A stretch of 64,000 nt of DNA from a virus, in IMG/VR virus record IMGVR_UViG_3300037475_000122, positions 1-64,000 of that record; one strand, 5' to 3'. Within the stretch, counting starts at the first letter, position 1. Each line of letters opens with the position of its first letter. The position numbers and the translations under genes were made by a program. Positions 26,182-35,300 of the stretch are shown in pieces. The notes under the pieces are model-generated. The model did not search any database and was not told where the DNA came from. It saw nothing but the letters and a program-made list of their open reading frames with translations.

Positions 26182-27186
26182 ATGGGTGTCGTAACTGCAA
26201 TTGCTGCCGGTGCTGTCGCCGCAGGGGCCATCGCCTCGGCCGTCGTCAAGAAGAACGCCGCCGACAAGGCCGCGAAGATTCAGAAGAAGGCCATCGACCA
26301 GCAACAGAAAATTCTTCAGAATAAGCTGGACCCCGACGCGCTGAACAAGCTCGCGCAGACGGCCGACACCGAGCGCGCGAAGAACCGTATTGCGCTTCAG
26401 CAGACGATTGACCCGGAACTCGCACAACTCCGCACCGCTGGGAAGAAAGCGTTGCTTGAGCAGGCGAGCATCCCCGAAGAGCAGAAGCAGTCTTCGCAGT
26501 TGGCGAGTGCGCTGTTCAACGAGACGAAGACCGAAGACCCGCGCATGGCGGCGTTGAAGGACTCCATCATCAATGCGGCTCAGAACGAAATCAACGCGGG
26601 CGCAACTCTGCCCCCGGAATTTCAAGCCGAACTCGTTCGCTCCGGGCTCAACACGGGCTCTCAGTCCGGCATCGGCATCACGAAGAATTCAATCGGCGGC
26701 AGTGTCGCCCGGGCTCTCGGACTCGGCGGAGTTCAACTCCAATTCCAGCGCGAGCAGGCCGCGCAGAACCTCGCCGCCACGGGCCAGAGCCTCATCAACG
26801 CGCGAACGAACATTCTCTCCTCCGTGTTCCCGAAACTTCGCGACTTGGAAAACGAACGCCGGGTCGAGGCCGCACAGAATTTTCAACTTGCCGACCAAGC
26901 CCTTCCCGAAAGCGGCTTGTCCGGTCAGGACGTGGTCAACCTCAAGGTCGCACAGCAGAAGGGCATCGCGAACGCTCTCGGCGCGAAGGCTCAGGTGCGC
27001 GCGGGTCAGAAGATTGCGGCCGGTCAGGAAACCGGGGCCATCATCGGGGCCAGCACGAGCGCCATTGCGGGCGGACTCGGCGGCGGCTACGGAAACATCA
27101 TGGGCAGTCTTTTCAGCAAAAAGCCCGGCGTGGACACGGGCGGCGGGTCCAGCTTGAGCCAAGGTCAATTCCCCGGAGAAGGATAA
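26182..27186 (+). CDS. Internal virion / DNA ejection protein
   Basis: Gly/Ala-rich hydrophobic N-terminus and Q/A helical body, directly after the GNAT as in many podoviruses. Confidence 0.7.
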   Translation: MGVVTAIAAGAVAAGAIASAVVKKNAADKAAKIQKKAIDQQQKILQNKLDPDALNKLAQTADTERAKNRIALQQTIDPELAQLRTAGKKALLEQASIPEEQKQSSQLASALFNETKTEDPRMAALKDSIINAAQNEINAGATLPPEFQAELVRSGLNTGSQSGIGITKNSIGGSVARALGLGGVQLQFQREQAAQNLAATGQSLINARTNILSSVFPKLRDLENERRVEAAQNFQLADQALPESGLSGQDVVNLKVAQQKGIANALGAKAQVRAGQKIAAGQETGAIIGASTSAIAGGLGGGYGNIMGSLFSKKPGVDTGGGSSLSQGQFPGEG

Positions 27187-27187
27187 G

Positions 27188-27679
27188 ATGGCGCTTTTTT
27201 CCTCAACTGTGCGTCCGTCGCAAACGGCCATCGGCATCGGTGGTCAGCGCGCAAGCATTTTCCAGTCGGTGTTCCCGAACCTCCGCCAGCCCGACGCGAC
27301 TGGCATGTTCTCGAACCCGGCGATGATTCCTCACTTGCCCATGCCCAACGGTCAGCCCGCGCGTGCGAACTCTCCGGCGACTCCTCCGCCCGAGGTTTTG
27401 AATCCGACCATTCACAAGTCGGCGGCGACTCGTGCGGCTGAAGCTGTCGCGGCGCATCTCGCGGCCTATCCGCCGCCCGTCAAACCGCCCACCGTCATTC
27501 CGACTCGGCAGAACACGGCCCCGCGTGAAACGGCCGGGACCCGAAATACGAACATGGCGAACCAATCTTTGCAGGCCCTCGGATTGCAACCGCTGCCCGG
27601 CTCGACTCTGCCGCTAGCGTCTCCGCAGATGCGGAATCCAACCGGCCCATCTCTGAACACCCTTTTTCCAACCCGATAA
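27188..27679 (+). CDS. Pro-rich, probably disordered protein
   Basis: Fills the gap between ejection genes; shares an SVFPxLR motif with the upstream protein. Confidence 0.6.
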   Translation: MALFSSTVRPSQTAIGIGGQRASIFQSVFPNLRQPDATGMFSNPAMIPHLPMPNGQPARANSPATPPPEVLNPTIHKSAATRAAEAVAAHLAAYPPPVKPPTVIPTRQNTAPRETAGTRNTNMANQSLQALGLQPLPGSTLPLASPQMRNPTGPSLNTLFPTR

Positions 27680-27683
27680 AATT

Positions 27684-29270
27684 ATGCCCGGCATCGCCTC
27701 AGACCGTTCTCCCGGAATTCAGATTGGACCCATCGCGTCCATCGGAAGCGACATCACTCCGACGCCTGCCGTCGGCGACATGATGGATGCTTTCCGTTCA
27801 GGCTTCATCACCGTTGACGACCTGAAGAAACGCGTGAAGCAGGAGGCGTTGGACACCGACGCCATGAAGACCCAACTTCAGGCCGGGGACATTCAACGCA
27901 AGCTCGCGCCCGGCGCGGCGGAGAACGCACTCGCGCAGCAATCGCTCACGGCCGACCAAATCCGGGCCGCTCAGGCGGTTCTCCCCGGTGCCACGAAGTT
28001 GACTCTCGGCGGACAGACGCTCGCCCAACAGGAGCAGGACCGTCAGGCCGCGCTCACGAGCGACGACGTCACCATTCATCAGAAGGCCCTTGAGGACGCG
28101 ACGAAACGACAATACATCGACACGTTCGGCCACGAGCCGCCCAAGTCGATTGCGATTCCCAACCCCAAGCCGGTGGACCCGTTCGACGTGTGGCTCGAAA
28201 AGGAGCACGGTGCGGATTTGCAGAAGCGAATCAACGAATTCGACCCCGGCGTCCCGGACCCGAAGGAACTCGAAGCGACCATCACGGAGAAGGTCAACAA
28301 TTTCAAGAGTGGGTATCCGCTGAATTCCCGCGAGGACAACATCGAGCGCGCGAAGTTCGCGAACCAACTCGAAGAGCAGGCGAAGAACGTCCCCAACCCG
28401 GACGCCCTCCGCGCTCAGTTCGCCAATCAGGCCGCGCAGGAACTCCGCGAGAACCCGGCCATCCGGACTCAATACGAAACCTACAAGCTCGAACAGTCGA
28501 ACGCGAAAGACAAGGTCGTTCTCGGCACGCCGGAGCATACGGAAATCATGCGCCAGCGGATTCAGGACGCGCAGGACAAGGCCGCGCTCCGAGCCGCGAA
28601 AATCACCGCGCTTCCCAAAGTTTTGGAAGAGCAGGCGACGCTCCCCGGCAAGCTGGCTCAGAAGGAAGTGGAGAACAAAGGCAAAGCGGCAGGCGATGTC
28701 TTGCTGGAACTCCACAAGAGCGAGTCGTTGAAACGTTTCGAGCCTCAGTTCGAGGCGTTCGAGAAGGTGGACTCCATCCGCAACAGCGGCCGACCGCCCA
28801 CAAACGCCGACGACATCGCGGTTCTTTACGAGTTCGTCAAGCTGCTCGACCCCACGTCGGCCGTCCGCGAAGGTGAAGCCAAGCTCGCGCAGTCCACGGT
28901 CCCCGGGGTGAAGGCGATGTATAACAAGGTCCTCGGCCTTTTCACTGACCACAATAAAATCATGGACCCGCAGGCGCGCGAGTCGATGTTTCAGACGATG
29001 GACACCCTCCGGGACGGCGCAATCAAAACCGTCGCTCCCGAAATCAAGCGCATCTCGAACATCGCCATCGACCGGGGAGTTCCGCTCGACCAAGTTTTTT
29101 CCGGACCCTATCAGGCCATCCTCACGAAGAACGGCCGAGGTCCCGGCGCGGCTCCGGCTGGCAACCTCCCGCCCCCGGGCGGCTCCAAACGGGTCATCCC
29201 GTCGGAAGGCCCATATAAGGGCAAGACGTTGGAGTGGGACGGCGCACGGTGGACTCTTATCGGCCCTTGA
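27684..29270 (+). CDS. Internal virion / ejection protein
   Basis: Helical; D.AVLYEFVKLLDP.SAVREGE motif. Confidence 0.7.
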   Translation: MPGIASDRSPGIQIGPIASIGSDITPTPAVGDMMDAFRSGFITVDDLKKRVKQEALDTDAMKTQLQAGDIQRKLAPGAAENALAQQSLTADQIRAAQAVLPGATKLTLGGQTLAQQEQDRQAALTSDDVTIHQKALEDATKRQYIDTFGHEPPKSIAIPNPKPVDPFDVWLEKEHGADLQKRINEFDPGVPDPKELEATITEKVNNFKSGYPLNSREDNIERAKFANQLEEQAKNVPNPDALRAQFANQAAQELRENPAIRTQYETYKLEQSNAKDKVVLGTPEHTEIMRQRIQDAQDKAALRAAKITALPKVLEEQATLPGKLAQKEVENKGKAAGDVLLELHKSESLKRFEPQFEAFEKVDSIRNSGRPPTNADDIAVLYEFVKLLDPTSAVREGEAKLAQSTVPGVKAMYNKVLGLFTDHNKIMDPQARESMFQTMDTLRDGAIKTVAPEIKRISNIAIDRGVPLDQVFSGPYQAILTKNGRGPGAAPAGNLPPPGGSKRVIPSEGPYKGKTLEWDGARWTLIGP

Positions 29271-29295
29271 CGGTTGGACAGGTGAGGGGAACCTT
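29267..29295 (+). promoter_or_regulatory. Putative late promoter, leaderless
   Basis: TTGAC-N18-AACCTT-N5-ATG(29301). Confidence 0.72.
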
Positions 29296-29300
29296 CCCCT

Positions 29301-32300
29301 ATGCCCGTTCCGATGACGCCCGTGCCGGTTGATTTCGACCCGACGACCACTCCGTTTACACCTGTCCTCGACGCGGCGTTGTCCGGGGCTTCTCCCGTCA
29401 ATCCGGCTGAGCCGTCCAAAACCCCGGTCCTTGACCAAGCTCTCACCCCCGCGCCCATTGCGACGCCGACCACTCCGGCGTCCGGCCCCACCGTCGTTGA
29501 CTTCGACCCCACGACCACGCCGTTTACACCCGCCCCCGAGCCGAAGAAGGCCGTCATTTTCGACCCGACCAAGCAGGCACACGACAAAGTCTTTTCCGTC
29601 GCGGATTTCAAGGCCCTCCCGCTCGACCAACTCGACAACGAGAAGCAATTTGAGCCGACAGACTTCGGATTCCAACACGAGGACGAACTTAACGCGGACC
29701 CCGAAGCGAAAGCGAAGTTGCTTGAGCTTTACAAGCTCCGCAATCAGCCGTTCCATCAGACCCGCAAGTTTCTCGCGCAGCCTGCGGGCGACATCGCCAA
29801 GCAAACGCTGCTCGCGGGAGTTCATGCGCCCGGCAAACTCATCGGCGGCGCGTGGCATGTCGGCGGCGACATCGTCAAGGGACTTTGGAACGCGGCGCTC
29901 AACGCCAGCGGGGCCATCGGTGCAACCGGGCTCGCCGGACTTCAGGCCGTCACGGGTGCGAGTCCGCAGAAGGTCAACGAAACTCTCGGCATGGCGGGAA
30001 GCATGGGCAGCGAACTTTTGTCCGGGTTTGAGGCTCAGTCCACGTCTGAGGCCGGGCTTGGCCGTCGCAGCTTGCGGGCCGTCGGCGAAGGCGTCGCGGC
30101 GCTCGACCCAACGGGCGCGGTCAAGGACATCACCGGGCTGAAATCTTTTTCGGAATTGTCCCCGGAAGAATTGAAGGCGCGCTTTGACAGCGACGTGCAG
30201 GAAAAACGCGCCGTTCAGGACGCCGTCAAGGGGACCGGCGAAATGGTTCGCGCAATCGCGGGCAGCGAAGAGGAATTGAAGCAGGCCGGAATCACCATCG
30301 ACACCGCCAAGGTTGAGAAGCTGATGCCCGCAACGAGTCTCTTGAATTTCATCCCCCTCGGCGAAGGTCTCGCAGTGGGCGCGGTCGGAAAAGTCGGCGG
30401 GCGGTTCGTCGTCGAGAAGGTCGCGCAGGCAACCACACCGCAGCAAGCCAGTCTTTTCATCCGGGCGGTCAATCAGGGCGCGGAACTGGCAGGCAAAGCA
30501 GCGAAAGCGGGCGGCGAAGCGTTGGAGACGGCCGGGGGCAAGCTGCGCGAGAACGTTTTCAAACCGCTTCACAACCTCGGCGACGTTTCGGCGGTCCTCG
30601 CCGGTTCCGGCGGGCACCTCGGCGTCGGCGCGGGCATCGCTGCGGTTACGAAACTCACCCCCAAGGCGCTCGAACTTACCGGCCGGGCAGTGCAAAAGGC
30701 TGCTCCGTTTGTCGCAACGGGCGCGCGTATCGCTGCGGACTCGGCTATTGAAGCGGGCAAAGGCTACGCTCACGGTCTGCTCTACACTCTCCCGTTCATG
30801 GTTGGCGCGACGCCGACGGAGCAGGAAGGCTTGCTGAATGTCGCGGGTCTCGCGGGCGCGGTGCGCGGCGGCGTTCGTGCAACCGGACTCACCGGCCAAG
30901 TCGTCGGCTTCAAAGCTCAGGAAGCCCTTGCGAAGAAAATTTTCGAGCACGTCGAGCAGAAAGAACCGCCAGCGGTCCCGGACTACGGCACCGATATTTA
31001 TCTCGACGCTCAGTCGCGGGTGAATGCGGCGAATCTCCCGAAGGCTCAGAGCAATCTCCTCGGCTGGGCGAAGCACATGTTCAAAGACTCCGGCGTTGAG
31101 TGGCACCCGGTCACCGACGCTCAGATGATTCAGCAGACCGGCGGGCAGAGTGGGCGCGGGTTTGCGGTCAAGCTGGGTCAGACTATCGCCCCCGACGGCT
31201 CGACGAAACCTCTCGTCCGGATTTTTCTGAACGGCGACGTCGAAGCATTGCCTCACGAAATGCTCCACGCTCTCGGCAACATCGACGCGCCCGGCTATAG
31301 CGATTTCGTCAAGACGGTGAACGATTCGCTCACGACCCGCGAGCGCCAAACGTTCGAGCAGATTTACAACACGGTCCAGAACGGCGGGCTTCCCGAGGCC
31401 CAATGGAAAACCCGGCTCTCTCCGGAAAAGGTCAACGAGGAAGTCGCCGCTGAAATCTTTTCTCGCGTCATCCTCGGTCAGGATTTGTCCGGAGTCAAGC
31501 CCACGCTCGCGCGCAAGGCCGCGCTGTTTACGTCGAACCTTCTCGAAAAAATGGGAATCCCGCTGGGCGACGTGAACGTCATGCAGGCGAAGGATTTTAA
31601 TCCCAAGGCCGACCGCCCCGGATTTTCAACCCTCGGCGTTCGTCCGACTGCCGACGCGACCATCATCAGCCAGAACTTCATCAAGGGACTTTTGAACCAC
31701 CTTGAGAACAACGGCGACCTACTCCCGAATTTTCAACGTCCCTCGCTCTTGAAAGGCGGCGCTGTGACCGGCGGCACGTCTCTCATCAAGCCTCGCCCCC
31801 GCACTCCTGCCCCCACGCCCGGGGCACCCGCTGCTCCGGCCGCTCCTGCAAATCCTGCAACCCCTGCGGCTCCCGCCACTCCCTCGGCCGGTCCTTCAAC
31901 TCCTACGACGCCGACGCCGCTCCCCACGGGGCCGACTCCGTCGCCCAAGCCTCGCAACATCCGCACCACGGAAGCAAAGCAAAACGATTTTGCGGCTCAG
32001 CGCGCCGAAGTCACGAACGTTGACAAAGCGACCGACGCGGCAGCGAAATCGGCCGACGCGAATACGGTCAAGCACGTCGCGGACATCTCCAAAGTTTTGG
32101 AGTCCGGCAAAGGCGTTGTCGAACTCGAATATCTGTCGGTCAAGGACACCGGCAATGCGAACGCTCCGACGACTCGCACTCCCCGGCGCGATGCCCAAGA
32201 GGCTGCATACATCGCCGAGGGAATGGGCGCGGCTCCGGCCGACGTCCGGGACCTCGCGCAGAAGGTTACCGTGCCCGTCCGCTGGGAAGTTCAGGGCGGG

Positions 32301-35300
32301 AAGCCGCAACTTATCGCGATGTCTCTCGACAAGGTCGTCGCCAACGTCGCGCAGACGGTCAAGGACGTTGTCGCGAGCAAAGTCGAAGGCAAAATCCCCT
32401 ACGAGATTAAGGACGGCGCGCTGACGGATGCTGCGTGGCATGATGTCGTGTCGGACCTTCAGGACTACGCGGAGAATCAGTCGAACGGCTTCCGAGGCGA
32501 CGGTCAGAAACTCACGCGCCCGACTGAAGACATCGGCGCTTCCATCCCGGCCGAGAATCCGGCATACAGCCCCCGCATTCTTTCGGAGCAGAAGGCGAAT
32601 TTTCTGAACTACATTCAGGGCTTGAATCCGCCGCTGACCGCGCGCGAAGTCAAAGGCGTGACCCCCGGCAACGTGAAGGGCCAAATCATTGCCGAAGTCA
32701 ACAAGCGGACGCCGGAGAAGCCCGCCGTCATCCGTCCGAAAGACATCCAGAAGCAGACATTCAAGAGCGGCCGGGAGATTCGCGAAACGAATCCGCTCCG
32801 CAACGAACTCGCGGCGGCTGGCGTGGACCCTCGGAAACTCATCGAGGTCACCGAACGCATCGACCCGTCGCTCATCGCGAAAGTTACACCGCGCCCCGAC
32901 CTGAATTTTAAAGCGCCGGTCACCGACACCATTCGCGGCGGCTTCCTCCCCGGCGGCAAGGAATTTTTCAAGCACAACACGGTCGATGAAATCGGCGAGG
33001 CCGTCTCGAAGGCGTCCCCGGAAGAGTGGCAGAAGCTTTCGAGCGAGATTGGAAGCCTTACAACGGGCGCGTATCAACTTGGCGTCAACCTCAAGGACGT
33101 CGCAGACGTGGCAAAACTTCGCGCGCTCGAAACGAAATTCACTGAGGCTTATCAGGCGGCGAAAGGCGAGAAGGATTTCGACGCGATGATGCTGGCGGCG
33201 ACGAAAAAACAATTCGTCACCGAGGCGCTTGAGACGGCCACGGGAATGAGCCCGGGCAAACGCGAAACCATCGCGCGCCAACTCGGCCCCGACTGGCAAC
33301 CGCCTTTTCCTGAAGCCGCCAAGCCCGAGGGTCAGCTTCTCCCGAAGACTGAATCCGCGCAGAAGCTTTCAACCGAAGGTTTTGATTTCCGCATCTCCGG
33401 CCAGCCCGGCGTCCGCGCCGTCACGGTTTTGAAGGACGGCGTTGCGGTCGGCGAGTTCCAATCGGCACAGCGCGCTCCCGGCACGGCTGAGATTTCAAAC
33501 GTGCTGTTGAAGAAAGAGGCGCGCGGCACGGGGGCGGCGGAAGCGGCCTATCGCGAACTCCTCGCGCAGTTGCAGGCCGACGGCGTCACCAAGGTTGAAG
33601 GCACCGTTGTCGCTCCGCAACCGCTGGCGATTCGCCGGAAAATCTTTGGCGGCTTCGACAAGCTCGAACTGAACGGCGAGCCGGTCAGCATCGACGACGC
33701 GCTCCACGCCGCGAACGAAATCGCGACCTCCCGCGCGCGGGACATCACGAACATCGAGGCGGTGAACGAAATTCCCGTTGACAAGCAATTTCTCCCCGGC
33801 GGCAAGGACGAACTCAACGGGCTCGCGTTCAAGGAATTTTTCTCGAAGGTCTCGAAGGGCGAGTTCGGCAAGTCGAAAGTTCCGTGGGTCCCGGTCACCA
33901 ACGTCGAGAAGCAAAAGGATTTTCTCCAAGCCGTGCAAGAGCACTCGGGGAACTTCGATGAGCATATCGCGAAGTCGATTCCGACCTACCGGGAGACGCA
34001 GCTTCGCAAGGGCACCGCAATCATCGCGCTCGCGGGCGACGGAGACTTGGCCGTGCTGGACATCGGCGGCAGCGAAGGCTCATGGGACAAGGCGGTCACT
34101 CAATTGTCCGGCGGCAAGGTCACGACGGTTACGGTTGACCCGAATCCGGCGATGTCGGACTTTTTTCACGAGAAGAGCAAGGTCCCCGGCGCTCAGCACG
34201 TCACGGCTGCATTTCGCGAGGGCTTCGAGGACGAAGGCAAGCACATCCCGGCGTTTGACTCGACGAAGAAATTCGACGTCGTCAACGAGTCGATGACGTT
34301 CCAGTTCATCAACCCCGACCGCGCGGGCCAAGTTGCAGAGGTGAAGCGACTGCTCGCCCCTGACGGCTTGTTCATCACTGACGAGAAGCTGCGCGACCCG
34401 AAGTGGGCGGAGAACGAGGCGAAGAAAGACAAGGATTTCAAGTCGGTCTATTTCTCGGACGAAGAGTTGAAGGCGAAGGATAAAGTCGTCGGCTTCCAAC
34501 AGGCGAAGCAGGAGACCAAGACCGTGGGCATGATTGACAACATGGTCACGCCGGAACAATACGAACAGATTCTCCGGGACCATTTCAAATTTGTCTCTCA
34601 GTATTGGGACAGCGGCAACTTCAAAGGCTACGTCGCGTCTGACGACCTCTTGAAGCTTCAGAAATTTCTCCGCGAAGTCGGCGACACGTCCTCCGAGTTC
34701 AGCACTCAGAAGACTCCGCGCGCCGTTCCGAACGTCCGCGAGCAGGGCGAGAACTCGCTCCTCACTCAGCAACGGCTCCTAGCGGGCCAACTGCTCCCGA
34801 AACAACGCGAGCCGCTGAGCCCGGAAGACGTCCAGCGGAAAGCCATCAAGTCTCCCGCTGTTCGACTCGACAACGGCCGTGTCATCGAAGGACCGATTCA
34901 CGCGATGGCGATTGCCAAGGCTCTCGACGAGGCCCCGAACTACGAAGGCAAATTCAAGAGCGGATTTACAACCAACGAAGGGGAATTTCTCGACAGCAAA
35001 AAGGCTCTCCTCCGTGCCGAGGACATCAAGCAAGTTCAGAAGGGCAAAGGGCTCGCGCAGTCGTTGGGCTTCCTTGAATCGAAGGAGTTCGAGAAGAACC
35101 GAAACTTCCTCCCCGGCTCGACGGGCTGGATTCTCCCCAACCAGAAATTTGTCCCGCTGGCGCAGTCGTATCACGAACGCTACCTCGCGGACGAGTCCAA
35201 GGCGCTCAACAAAAAGTTCGGCACCAAGTTCTCGGCGACGGCGGACATCAATGAGCGGTTGAAAGCCTTGAACGACGGCTTCGTCCGCATCCGTGGCGGA

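Noticed and set aside
27798-31403. 1201-aa ORF on the - strand and other long antisense ORFs (e.g. 6782-8443, 34779-36254, 44798-46231)
   Set aside because: Shadow ORFs opposite well-supported genes; expected from GC-rich codon bias; no recognisable motifs.
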